Source: Azolla caroliniana (Eukaryota > Plantae > Polypodiophyta). Taken from it: a stretch of DNA of 64,000 bases. The notes under the pieces were generated by a model that had not been told where the DNA came from, did no database searches, and was given only the letters and a program-made list of their open reading frames with translations. The stretch is from the NCBI GenBank assembly GCA_043228905.1, contig JBHGNT010000002.1, forward strand, positions 21,824,001 to 21,888,000. Direction: 5' to 3'. Shown here piece by piece: positions 46,683 to 59,603 of this stretch. The number at the start of each line of letters is the position of its first letter. Positions within the stretch are counted from its first letter, which is position 1. A program made the position numbers and the translations under genes.

Positions 46683-46894
46683 TGTCATGATATGGCATGG
46701 TATGGCTCCAAAAGGATTTGGACCCATGACCTTGTGTTACATGGGTTAAAGCCACACCATTAAACTATACATTGTAATGTGAAAACCATTATTTTCATTT
46801 ATTATTTCACTAGAAGAAATTCATGTATATTCTAGATTACTCTTGAACATTCTAGAAACTTTAGGAGTACTCCTGACAACACTATAAATAGAGG
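46683..46894 (+). repeat. Truncated 3' LTR of the chromovirus
   Basis: Matches 40975-41186 and follows the PPT. Homology stops right after the TATA box. Confidence 0.85.
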
Positions 46895-46895
46895 T

Positions 46896-47290
46896 GATTA
46901 CAAGGAAAAAAAGAGAGAGAGAATCAATTGGATGCTCACAAGAAGGAAGCCCTCAAACACACATTTCGAACCACACCACTCTTCATGAAATAACAAAGGA
47001 TAAATATTGATGCACAAATTTCACCTAGTACAAGTGTAACACCTTACACCACTTTCCTTCCAACACCTAGCATTTAAACCCAAGAGATTACAAGAGAGAT
47101 GAAGATGTGTCATATTTGGCTTTTTGTTATTAGTCTACTAGTTTGCCATTAATGTAAGTTTATTACAAGAAAGAAAAAAGAGAGAATCAGTAGGATACTC
47201 ACAAGAATAGAGCCCATAAACACACATCTCAAGCCATATGTCATTACCTAACAAAGGGACAGAGATTGGTGCATGAATTTCACATAGCAC
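46896..47290. repeat. Diverged direct repeat (~265-bp spacing)
   Basis: ATTACAAG..AAAAAAGAGAGAATCA.T.GGAT.CTCACAAGAA..AGCCC..AAACACACAT at ~46897 and ~47162. Confidence 0.65.
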
Positions 47291-49225
47291 CGTTAAATGT
47301 GTAGCCCTATGCTTTTGAGTCCATTTGTTGGAGACATTAGTACTCTTTCCTCACAACATCTGGCCTTGTTAGACTAGGACACATATTTTCTTTTGAATTG
47401 GTCTTTCTCATGTGACAACAAATCGTACGACAAAAACATACATATTGAGGATGTGTACTCGTGTTGTTAGGTCCATGATCATAACGTATATATTATTGAA
47501 TCATTGACGAATGTTTGATGAGTAGTCATTTAATTAATACATTTTCCTTGTGTATGATGTAGGCATGGTTTTTCTTTCCTTATTGGACATGAAATCCTTC
47601 CCACGAAAGTGAATTACCACATCTCACTTACTTATGTCTCCTATGCATGAACTTCAAATAATGTTTTTTCCCTTTTTCTTTATTGTGTTTGTTTAGAAGA
47701 TAAATTAAACCACCCTTAAGTAGTACACAATAATATAATAAAGTGATGATTTGGCCATTCCAATTCTAACGTATGGTGTTTCAACTTCAAAGAGAGAGTG
47801 AGCGTGAGAGAGAGAAAGAAAGATATACGAACGTCTTCTAAGACCAAAATTGGTCCATGGGAAAGAGAGAGAGAGAGAGAGAGTGTGTGTGTGTGTATGC
47901 CTGACCTAGAATTTCCCGACAACACTTCAAATTAACATATGTTGTGTTCATTGCACGATGAAAAGAAAAATGAATTTGAAGCCCGACAAATTGGGATTTT
48001 AGTTGTTTTATTATTGCATACACACACAACTTACTTATAACCTTGTATTTTAATCTATTTATCTTATAAGTTATTAGATCATGCATGCACGAATACAACT
48101 CATTTATCATCATGCTTTTTAATATTAGTATGTTGGTCAAGTTTATGGTCTAGCGAGGTATAGAGTACAAATAATGTCAATGAGGTTTTTCTTTAAGATG
48201 CAATATTATGTCATTTTCCGATTTCTTTGAAAGTAGTTGAGGGTTGGAATTGAAGAGACGCCATTGAAATTTTGAACTTGGACATTAGGCATAAGCCCAT
48301 CTTTGAAAAGACGAACAAGTTAGGAAATGAAGTTGTCATGTGCTCAAACAGTATATAGTGCATCGAGGGTACAAAATAGGTGGCTCTAAAACCAATTCAT
48401 TGTGTTAAAAAAATAAACATGGGAACTACTAGGGTAGATTCATTCACATAGGGAGAGAGAATAGAATAGATACATTTTTATCATCCACGGAGAGGCCAAA
48501 TTAGATCATGACTCATGAGACAAAATCAACACATCGTATGTCTCCTTCCTAAGACAAGGCTTTATTATTTTGTAGTAAAAACTTTCTATGTGAAAATAAT
48601 GCACATGCCCACCTTTCTTGGTGGAGATTTGAATATGACATTTAAATTTTCATGCTTGTCTAACAAGTAATCATACTTCTTGCAAATTACCTTATATGTT
48701 TAACATGCAAAAATTAAGAGGTACTCCTCCAATAGTTTCACATTGCATACCTTGCATGTACTTAGTTTTTTTCCTAGAAATAAATGGAATCACCCCAAGA
48801 CAAGGTCGAACCTTCAACCTTTTGCATTCAAACCCTATATACATATACATACATACTACACACATATAATTGGTCTTCCTACAAACTTTGTGTTGGATCC
48901 AAATAAAACCATGCACACTCTTGAAGGAATTTAGAAGCAACAAATAGTGGTGAAAAATGACAATCTTTAACATTGCCAATCTCTATTTTATTTAGTCTAT
49001 ATAAGTTGGATGATCAACCAAAACACAAGTTTTAATAACAAATGATTAGGTGATTGATGAGTTCATTCCAACAAGGGGTATACTGTATAACCACTACTTT
49101 AGCATTCATGGAACATCCAAAATTATTAGATACAAAATGCCTACCAACCTTAAGTTATTGGAAAAATATGACCATCATTTCTTTATTTTACAAAGCAAAC
49201 CCCAACTATGGTGATAGATAGATAG

Positions 49226-49389
49226 ATTATATTATCATCTTTGGAGGTCAAATATGACCTATGAGACCAAAAATATTACATTTCACGTGATACGTGTGAA
49301 CGTGAGTAGTGACTCTTGATGTTCAAGAACTTTACCAAAGAATGTTGCAATCGAGAGTGCACATTGTGGTTGTGAGAGGAATTCATGCA

Positions 49390-49391
<2 letters not shown>
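49226..49391 (-). mobile_element. Short duplicate of the 3' end of the RTEX-like LINE with (TATC)n tail
   Basis: Near-identical to ~49429-49590 (GGAGGTCAAATATGACCTATGAGACCAAAAATATTACATTTCACGTG...), preceded by (GATA)n. Confidence 0.8.
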
Positions 49392-49428
<37 letters not shown>

Positions 49429-49433
<5 letters not shown>

Positions 49434-51098
49434 ATTATCGCATTCGGAGGTCAAATATGACCTATGAGACCAAAAATATTACATTTCACGTGATACGTGT
49501 GAAAGTGAGTAGTGACTCTCGATGTTCAAGAACTTTACCAATGAATGTTGCAATCGAGAGTGCACATTGTGGTTGTGAGAGGAATTCATGCAAAGATTGG
49601 GCTTGATCGAAGAGATGTGGAAAGCATGGTCGAATATGATCAAAGGCAGAGCATTGTATCAAAGTGTGATGCTCAGACTTGCGAACTTATTTAGGGCAAA
49701 GTGTGCATAGCCGACCACTCTCATCACTTGTACCCCAACGCCCTGTTTCACATCGCAATGCATGTGAGCTAAGTCGCATGGAAGCAATGGTTCGAATGGA
49801 AGATAACGATATGGGCTCTAACATGTATGGATTTGTACAATTTCCCCGTTCCGCAAAGAATATGGTTTTGTAGTTAGGTGCAACATGTGTAGTATAATGT
49901 GTGGAGCGTGAGCCTCCACATTTGTCCCATGTCATGATACATTGGCGTTGCAAAAATGCCTCATTTACAGAGGAATCTAATGATGCATCATGAAGCAAGT
50001 GTCTTGCATCCCATCTACCAAACCATTTTTCTATATCTTGCATCCAACCGGAACACAAAATTTTGCTTTTATGCGTCTTTTGGATCTTTTTGCTTACTTC
50101 CCACGCAATTCTAGGAAGTCGATGTGAGGGACTTTTTTGAACCTTAAGCATGTATTCAACAACCCTTTCCATGGCCATGATCTCAATGGGAAGCGATCCC
50201 GTCTTAAGGAGGAGGAGGGTGTAGGGCGTTTGTTTCTTAACTTGTAGAAACTTGGTAAGAAAATGCTTTTGGACATTTTCAAACTCTTTCCACATAGATT
50301 TAGGGATACTACCGCCCCATACTTCCACCCCATAGAGAAGAACCGGTGTCACCAAAGTGTCGAAAAGATATTTCTTGAGGACCCAACACTTAATATCTCC
50401 AAGATTGCATGTGTTCTCGAATGCATAGTATGCTTGCTTGCCCGCCTCTAAACGGCGTGTAGCACATTCATTCCATCTATGATTTGAAGGAACTTCAAGG
50501 CCAAGATATTTGAAGCTTTCCACACATTCAAGTGGCTCATTGTTGTACATAATGCATGGTTTATCTCTTTTTTGGCTCTTCACAAGCATAATATTTGTTT
50601 TAGAGCTATTGACACTTAATTTAGTATGCATGCAAAAATTTTCCAATGCCTTCATAAGCTTTTGTGCATCTCCTAAAGTATTTGCAAAAAGAACTACATC
50701 ATCTGCATATAGCAAAAGCATAATTACAACATTCCCAATGACAACTTCTTCAACACATTCTTCCTTTGCAAACTTGGACCAGGTAACCATTTCTTCCAAT
50801 TCATTAATGCATAGACCAAATAGTTTTGGTGAGAGTGGGCATCCTTGCTTAACACCAATAGTGCTTTTGAAAAAATCTGAAAGTTTATCTCTCATGCGCA
50901 CACAACATATAACCTTCTCATAAATTCGGGAAATTGCAAGCATATATTCACTTGGCACCTCAAGTTCTTCCATTCGCCTTCAAAGATGCTCACGAGGTAC
51001 CATATCAAAAGCTTTCTTGAAGTCTACAAAGCAACAATATAAACCTTTACCTCTAAGGCAACTTTCCTCCATTAATACTCGAAGGGTGATAAGGTGAT

Positions 51099-51100
<2 letters not shown>
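49429..51100 (-). mobile_element. 5'-truncated RTE-group (RTEX-like) LINE, reverse transcriptase
   Basis: FVDFKKAFDMV, GVKQGCPLSPKLF, LLYADD, FKYLG, C-terminal LSSHALRCETGRW..RLCTLC..EHHTLIQC. In-frame nonsense codons at 50980 and 49687. (GA)n tracts on both sides (~49392-49428, ~51101-51139). Confidence 0.88.
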
Positions 51101-51140
<40 letters not shown>

Positions 51141-51304
51141 CAATTGGTAAGGTTGCCCAATAGAGACTAGGGTTCAACCCCTACATTCCAGGGTGACATC
51201 TAGTAATTTACGAGGATATTTATGGATTAATAGAGAGGTGAGATAATAGTGTAACAACTTACCACTAAGGTAAGGTAATTACATAATAATAATAAGAGAA
51301 AGAA

Positions 51305-51760
51305 AGACGGAGGGAGTTCAAATATAACCTATGAGACAAAAAATGTAACATTTTCATGTAATACATGTGAAAGTGAGTAGCGACTCTCAACGTTCAAGAA
51401 CTTTACTAATGAACATTGCAATTGAGAGCGCACACTGTAATTGTGTGAGAAATTCATTTAAGGATTGGTTTTGGTTGAAGATGTGTGGACAACATAGTCA
51501 GATGTGATAAAAGGCAGAGAGCATTTCATTAAATTGTGACACTCAAACTCCCAAACTTGCTTAGGAGAAAGTATGTGTAGCAAATACTCTGATTGCATGT
51601 GCTCTAATGCCATGTCTCGCATCGTAATGAGTGTGAGTTAAGTCGCATGGAATTTAATGGTTCAAATGGCATACAAGGACATGGGTTCTAATATGTATTG
51701 ATGGGTGCGGTTTCTCTATTCGATGGACATCATTTTGTAGTTAGGTGCGATTATGTTGAG
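51305..51760 (-). mobile_element. Older relic of the same RTEX-like 3' end
   Basis: Colinear similarity to ~49445-49885 (ACCTATGAGAC.AAAAAT..GTGAAAGTGAGTAG.GACTCTC..TTTTGTAGTTAGGTGC), followed by (GA)n. Confidence 0.75.
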
Positions 51761-52070
51761 AGAGAGAGAGAGAGATTCCTCGCCACTTGGGGTGATTCTC
51801 ATATTTTTCATCAATCTAATTGATAGTTATCTTGCATGGTAGTATACACCCACTAGATATTTTTCATATATGGTCCTTTATAATGTCCCCACATTAGCCT
51901 ATAGTGTTTGTAAATGTAATTCCTTCATTATCTTACAATCCACATAAATTAGGCATATGGATAGTTGCGAAGGACCTTTTCTGCAATTAATATGTTGTGT
52001 TTGATAGAGAGAAAGAAGAAAGAAAGAAATATTAACATATGTTAAGAGGCCAAAATGGTTTATAAGACCA

Positions 52071-52071
<1 letters not shown>

Positions 52072-52127
<56 letters not shown>
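52072..52127. repeat. (GA)n microsatellite
   Basis: Directly visible, about 27 units. Confidence 0.9.
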
Positions 52128-52131
<4 letters not shown>

Positions 52132-53829
52132 GTTTGTGCATGTCAACGTTTTGAATAATGTTTGGAAATTGCATTGCAACTTCGAAACATTCGGATATAT
52201 ATTTTATATTCTTATTATTTGCACGTGTAGCTACCACCATTTTTGTCACTACATGTGAAATTTACTAACATTATTGTCTAACAAATTTTAGGAAAACGCT
52301 AGCCATGTAAAATAGTTGGTTTTGTTTGTTACCCATTTCAAAAATAGCCCTGAACATTCTATTTGTTTAGAGACATCTCAGATTGGTGCAAATGCAACAA
52401 TGTATGACTTTTCATGGATCGTATTTATGACAACATCTTAGTTGGCAAAAAGGCGTAGGCTGTTTTTCTTGTTCGGTTCTCATTTGAAAGTCTTTGAGGA
52501 CCTTTGAAATGTGTAAGTTTCGACTTAGGCATGCAACACCGCATGAATGCCCTTTGAAATTAGGTTTCGGAATCACATTGAATAAAAAAACTTGTTCTCC
52601 AAAACCCAAATACTGCATTTGAAAAATAATCGCTCATATTAGGTAGAGGAAGAAAACCTTCAAGGTGGAAGACGCATCATGTTTTTGTTTGGGTTGGTCA
52701 CATATTTATAATTAGAGAATGGAGAGGTTACACTATTTTCCCTTTTGTGAACATGCGAAACTTTATGATGCAAGAAGACAATTACTCCTTAAGTCGCCCC
52801 TAGAAAATATTAAAAGGATGTTCTTTTTGTTATTGTAAATCTACAATCTTGCACAATCACTTCCATCAATGTTTAGCATATAACATGTGACAAACGCTAT
52901 TTTAAGGGGATGCATCTGAAACGGGATCAATAAAGACAAACAATTGATTTGAGGATCGAGCAAACTTCTAGGTGTTATATTGGATACAAACTATTTTTAT
53001 GGGAATATAAACAAAGGGTCAAGTGAACATTTATCGTGCCATGGCAATAGATGATTAACCTTTCACCCATCCAAAATCTTTTGATCTCTATGAAAGGAGG
53101 ATGGACAATAAACAGTTCTTGGGAGAACCATTCGATAATATCAAATTGACTTATTACGAGCCAATAACATTTTGTCATAAATGGTTTCACCATGAGGAAT
53201 TTTTGGGTCACGTGCATGATAGAATGCTCTCAAATAAGTATGCAACATTGATGCTACACCAATAACTCACAATTTTTCTGGACATACGAACATCAAATTT
53301 GATCATGGACCAATTCTGACTATTGCTTAATTCCTATTGTTATCTAGTATGAAGTAAGGATATATGGATATTATCTTGGTCCTTCAGGAGCCAATAGATG
53401 TTGTTGTGATCATAATCTGAATGTTTGTTTGTCTCATGTGGAAGGACAAGCTTAGAGTCAACAACTAATCGAAACTCCATCCATCCTAGGAGAGAGCTTC
53501 CTTTCCTAAATCAGACCAAGGTCCAACTAAAGGTTGAATGCATTTGAGGCTCCATAAAAGAAAAAGAAGGTAGTGTGCAATGTCATGGACGCGAAGAGGT
53601 CTTTCTTATGCCGGATATGGCTAGCAAGTGCATATCTAGCATATCAATCTAACCAAAACACGAGCTAAATGAGGCTTGGCAAAGTGTCAAAGGAGCCTTT
53701 GAACGAGATGGGGGATATGACCAAGTTGATCTAATCGGGACTTTGTTGGCCTTGTAATTGCAGGCAATAACAATACTGTCCCCGCAAGCCGTTGACACAA
53801 GTGTAGTACCACAAGCCCTAGTTGTACTA

Positions 53830-54550
53830 CACATACATACGTACATACATGACATGCATAGATAGATAGATAGATAGATAGATACATACATACATACATA
53901 CATGCATACATACATACATGACATGCATAAATAAGATACATACATACATACAATACATACATGATCATGCATAGATAGATAGATAGATACATACATACAT
54001 ACAATACATACATGATATGCGTAAATACATACATACATACATACATACATACATACATACATACATACATGACACATGCTATGTCAAACTGTTGTCCTTG
54101 TGTGTTTGTTGTTTGTAAGGCCACCAATTTCATTCATTCTCTATACATACATACATACATACATGATACATACAAACATACATACATACATACATACAAT
54201 ACATACATGATATGCATAGATAGATACATACATACATGATACATACATACATACATACAATACATACATGACATGCATAGATAGATAGACACATACAATA
54301 CATACATGACATGCATAGATAGATAGATAGATAGATAGACACATACATACATGATACATACATACATACAATACATACATGATGACATGCATACATACAT
54401 ACATACATGACATACATACATGATACATACTATGTCAAACTGTTGTCCTTGTGTGTTTGTGTTTGTGTGTTTGTTGTTTGTAAGGCCACCAATTTCATTC
54501 ATTCTCTGTCTCTGTCTCTGTCTCTTTCTCTTTCTCTTTCTCTGTCTCTA
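53830..54550. repeat. Compound (TACA)n/(TAGA)n satellite with higher-order duplication, upstream of the CID gene
   Basis: Alternating ACAT and AGAT runs joined by GACATGCAT and ACAAT spacers. A unique ~60-bp block TATGTCAAACTGTTGTCCTTG..GCCACCAATTTCATTCATTCTCT occurs at ~54080 and ~54431. Confidence 0.9.
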
Positions 54551-54553
54551 GCT

Positions 54554-54583
54554 ATGGCGATCCTTGATCCATCTCCCCTGCTT

Positions 54584-54614
<31 letters not shown>

Positions 54615-57600
54615 CCATTGCACCTCCTCAAGATCAAGCTCAACCTTCACATGATCAGAAGCAACAGCAGAATGCCCCCCTTTCTACAGGTATGCCATCA
54701 TTCTATATCCCACTTGCCAGAGTTTCTCCCACCCCCCCTCTCCCCACCCCTGATCTCAGATCGTATATTAACATTCGTCTGATCAGACTATGTACGTGCA
54801 AGTTTACCCAGTCCTCCATCATATTAGAGAATTCCTTGGTTGATTAGGATCTTGCCCTGGTCTTTTTCTGTGCACACAGGATCACTGGAGGAAAATGGGT
54901 TTGATCATGCTGCTGGTAGAAGCAAAAAAGATGATGAAGAAGAAGGTGACGATTCAGATGGAGAAGAAGAAGAAGAAGAGGAGCTTTCAGATCTCTTTTC
55001 CAAGCTTAATCCTCATGCCAAGGAGTTCGTTCCTCTCTCTCACAGTGATGGCGACGGTGATGGCGATAGACGTGGTGGTGGTGGTGGTGATGGCTGTTCC
55101 CCTGATGCTGACAATGATTCCAAAACCAACCGTAAGGTTAGTCCCCGTTTCGTTTCGCACTATGTAATACAATTTGTTCGCTCCTCATCACAATAGATGG
55201 GAACAAATGGGCAATGATTGAAGGTTTGTCTCAGAGCTCACTTATCACTCAAGATGAGTTTTAATCAGATGAGTTTGTAATAATTCCTGCCTGTCTTTAT
55301 CAATATGAATTTTAATCAGATGGATCATCATGAATTGTCACATCCTAAGTGGATGACAGTTTGCTCCATCCAATCATTTTTTTTCGATGTTATCTATCCA
55401 TTCTATCCATGTTCCTCAAATGGATATTGAGTATATTTATATTTGAACATATGGCCGAAGCGCATATGAACCACATCTATGCACACATGTTTGATATCCA
55501 CATTCATTCCTGCTTACTTCATAAAAAGATTAATTGTGATTGATGATCAAACTATAAATGGATTATAACTTTGCTTCATCAATCTCATTATGTTCAATCT
55601 CCACATCAAATGGATAATGATTAAAAGTCAAAACTTGATTGTCTCCGCTATTATCTTTGTTCATCTCCATCAAATTGAATATGATCAATAGTTGAACCTT
55701 GAATCTTTTCCTGTTTGCTCAAATTATCTGGTTATGTCTGATGTATACAACGATTTTTGATATATCTCATAGAAAAACAGTCAGTATTCCATCACAACAC
55801 TAATAAATTTGCAGTTCGTTTTATTCAACCATCTCTTGATGTTAAAAGCTTTGCAATCAATCACTATTATGAGGATGAACATTTAGATAGGATCACAATT
55901 TACTGCATTCCATGCATTCTACATTTTCTGCTTCTCATCATCAGATGGGTTATGTTAAATCTTGTTAAAGCTCAAATGGATATTGCTTTGCCTGGCCAAA
56001 TTATCCCCTGGATTCTGTTCTTTACCAACTTTCATCCCATTTATCTGATTCTTTGACGTGCATAAAACAAATATTCGAAAATGCTCTTTTGTAAGTTAGA
56101 CCTGTTAATGTAAGTCATCATTCAGGATCTGAAATACACAATGTCCTCTTTATTCTAAAGATGTAATCTTCCCAGTGCTGTTGCTGGATTAAAATCGTCT
56201 TTGGATATCTCTTGTCTGCTATCTCTACGTCTTGTACCTCATTGAAGGAAATGACATCCTCAAACGTTTGTATGCTTAGAAATTCTAAATAATAGGTTGG
56301 CTGGAAGAGGCTGTAAGGAAACTCACTTGAATGTGGCTTCTTCTTCTCGAGAACCTCAGTTGGATCCATTACATATCTTCAGCCCGTCATAGATGTTTAG
56401 TTTGCTGATCCATGAATTGATTCACTTATCATGGTTGTCACAAGCCAGTGCTGCCATGGTCACAATCTCGATGGATTCTCCTTTTGTCTTCACCAAACAA
56501 ATACTCCAGCAAGAAGAAGATAATACCTCCAATAGTTTGCAGGCATTACTATTAACAACATAGTGAGGTGCTGCAGATCTCTACTAGTGTTAAACATCAT
56601 AACAAGTATTTGATGTACTCACTGTTGCTACTGAACGACCATGGCAGCCGCAAAACAACTGTGACATGGTGTAGCAACTATGAGATCAAGCATGAAACAT
56701 GTGAGAGTTGTCTGTGGCTCCCTGTCCTTATTTTGACTGACATATTCAATTTTTATTGCACCACATGGATTCTGCTTTATAATCGAATTATTGTCTCCCT
56801 GTAAAGCAAGAGGAGATTGTGCATACTCCAATAGAATGGTGATATGATTGTGATTCAGATTGATGGAGGGTCTAAAGTCTCTAGTTGAAGTGTTTTTACA
56901 TGTGATCTATGTGTCCTCTTGAATCTATTATTTATATGCTTACTAATATGCATATTCTTCTCGTTTCCTACCCTTTAAGAAAACTGGGAACTCATTATTC
57001 TTGTTTCCCACTCTGCTGGTAACTACGAATTAATTTTGCGGTTGTGATTTGTAAAGCAGAAAAAGAATGGGTCTGTCAACAACAAGAGACGCACCAATAA
57101 CAGATTATACAAAGCACAATGGGATGCTAGCATTAGGAGGACAGTATATGTTTCTGATATTGACCATCAGGTGAGTGGTGTTCCCACAGGAGGAAATAGA
57201 GACCTTAATAATTAGCTCAGTTAGAGCTCACCTTCAAAGTGAAACTTATCCAGCATTATATTTAACTATGCAGGTTACAGAAGAGCAGCTTGCTGCACTT
57301 TTTCTCACTTGTGGGCAGGTAATATATATAAATCCATCTGATGGCTAACTGTCTTTAAGCCATATTTATTAGGAACACAATAAAATTAACCACCTTGTGG
57401 TATGACCAGTTTACTACATATTTCTCATCAGAAGATTTCGTCACCTATATGTCGATAAATCGTTGAGTTGATAAACTCAAGATGGACAAAGAAACTCTTA
57501 TGAGTTATATTGCTTAAATTTCTTAATTAAAATACAAAGCTTGCAATTTGTATTTCAGGTTGTGGATTGTCGGGTGTGTGGAGATCCCAACTCTGTTTTG

Positions 57601-59603
57601 CGGTTTGCTTTTGTGGAATTCACAGATGAGGGTAAAGACTTTAGCCTTCTCAATTTGTTTATTTCTTCTTCCTTATCCCGAAAAGCCACTCAATCATATG
57701 CTTTTGAATATCCTACAGATGGGGCGGGTAGAGCACTTAGTCTTGCTGGAACCATGCTAGGATTCTACCCTGTTAAAGTGTTACCATCCAAAACAGCAAT
57801 AATACCAGTCAATCCAACGTTTTTACCGCAGGTAATTGGCCGCTCTGATATTCTTTTCCTTGTTTTTTTCTACAACACTGAAAATTCCCACCTCTCACCT
57901 GCAGTCTGAAGATGAACGAGAAATGTGTGCCAGGACGGTTTATTGTACCAATATAGACAAGAAGGTGAATTTCAATAGATTGTATGAAAGTATTGATACC
58001 TGATATTGGTGTAGTATTTGGCTCTTATGTATTAGGTTTATGCGCTCCATGCTCCCTGCAGGTCTCTCAAGCGGATGTAAAGCTTTTCTTTGAGTTCTTC
58101 TGTGGGGAGGTAAGTACCTTGGGCTTTCACTATGTTAATAGCTGAGAAGAGGTTATCCATGAACCAATGGACCCTTGTAATGGTTTTTTGTAATTCTTTA
58201 ATTTAGGTTGCACGGTTGAGGCTGCTTGGAGAGCACCGCCAGTCGACACGCATTGCATTTGTTGAATTTGTCCTGGTAATTGATTCAAGCAGTTCTATTT
58301 TTAATATGAATTTGTTTGGTTTTGTAGATATCACCAGTCACTGCTCAGTTGGGCCACATACACCCTCACACACCCACACATGCACCCTCAAGACATGTGG
58401 AAGAACTGAATAAGAACAAAAATTGCATTAGATATTAAGTTTCTCGTCTCTAAAGTTATTGGGAGATATTACACTTCTTAGATCAATAATAATGTGCAGC
58501 CCAATATATAGTGGGATCTTGTTAGATACATGGTGCAGTTTTTTAATTGACAACTCCAATTCAATCTGTCATTGGATTAGAGGGCACAGACGTAAGATTA
58601 TGCTTCGAAAGATTGACATCAGGAGAAGTATCTTATCTTGGTGTCATTTAATGATTATAATAGATCTATCTGCAGCTTTGCCCCTCTGTGTTACCATTTA
58701 GTAATGTCAAGTCAGAGAGAAAACTACTAGAATGTTAGCATACCAGGGCACGAAATAATTCAGAGCAATAAAATATTGAACGTTAATGCTTAGTAGTATC
58801 TCTTCTGCATATTAGAATCTTGTTTATAGTGGGGAATGACAAATGGTGCAATTTGTATCGATGCTGACCCTCATCATTACAAACCTGTGTACTGCATGGC
58901 AGAATTTAAAGTGGAGCTCATTTCTCACAGCTAAAATAAGTCCTATCATTGTTGAGTTTTCCATGTTGCATTTCTGAACAAATATGAAAGATGTGAAGAT
59001 TTATAGTGATGTAGAGTATTAATTCTGCAGTAATTAAAATTTATAATACTTCCTGTTTTCGAATTCCTAAAAGGTTTCATTCTGGTAAGGAAAATGTTTT
59101 TCCTATTTTCCATTGCATGAATGATTGCAATTTTGCTATTTGGTGGTGCCACACCGCATCCATCCCGAAAGGAGCAGTCTTGATGTTCCTCCATCTCCTA
59201 ATGTAATATCTCACTGTGTGCCGTACCTCACTATTATGACCTCACTGCACCTATCCTTGTATGTATCTTTTTCAACATTGTTTTTCATGTAATGAATGAC
59301 TGTATGCAGGCAGAGAGCGCTATCGCTGCTTTGAACTGCAGTGGGGCTATATTGGGATCTCTTCCGATCAGGTAAAAGCTTGGGCAAATAATGAGGCATG
59401 ATATCCTTGAATGCTGTGTATGTTTAGTCTTTCATGCATATTCGTAGTATACATACACTATACTATGGCAGCTTAAAAAGACAATCTTCCATTTTGAAAC
59501 CTGGCATTAATAGTTGTTTGATTCTTCCATTTGTCTTTTGGACAGAGTCAGCCCGTCTAAGACTCCAGTGAGACCCTGCATGTCCAGACAGTATTTCATC
59601 TGA
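54554..59603 (+). CDS. Poly(A)-binding-protein-interacting protein, CID8-CID13 class (PAM2 + two RRMs)
   Basis: Eleven exons: 54554-54689, 54880-55136, 57060-57170, 57274-57318, 57559-57631, 57719-57831, 57905-57964, 58062-58109, 58207-58275, 59310-59371, 59546-59603, with consistent phases. PAM2 SKLNPHAKEFVP; RRM1 RRTVYVSDIDHQVTEEQLAALF..VVDCRVCGDPNSVLRFAFVEF; RRM2 RTVYCTNIDKKV..STRIAFVEF; end RVSPSKTPVRP. Confidence 0.93.

Larger units (their letters stand above)
40975..46894 (+). mobile_element. Decayed Ty3/Gypsy chromovirus LTR retrotransposon (Tcn1/Tf1-sushi-like)
   Basis: 5' LTR 40975-41402 (TGTCA..TGATA). gag (PMKFDG; CLYCSELGHIVVNC knuckle), protease LLDS(R)ANSCFMD, RT (LRLVVDYRGLN, YLDD), RNase H (IDASDFALGSILSQ, YEIHNKELLAIV), integrase (WQSISLDFIT, YHPQT), chromodomain (EYEVAAILDSK..YLVD..GY..EHTWEP). 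PPT AAAAGGGGGG, 3' LTR from 46683 truncated at 46894. Many stops and frameshifts. Confidence 0.93.

Noticed and set aside
52900-53330. Frame reading KSFDLYERRMDNKQFLGEPF, reminiscent of a GST C-terminus or a retrotransposon protease LGRPF
   Set aside because: Ambiguous, stop-ridden; needs a database search.
53649-54502. ORFs rich in MYVC/HTYI
   Set aside because: Translations of the tetranucleotide satellite.
56118-56570. Coding-looking antisense stretch inside CID intron 2
   Set aside because: No recognisable domain or splice support.
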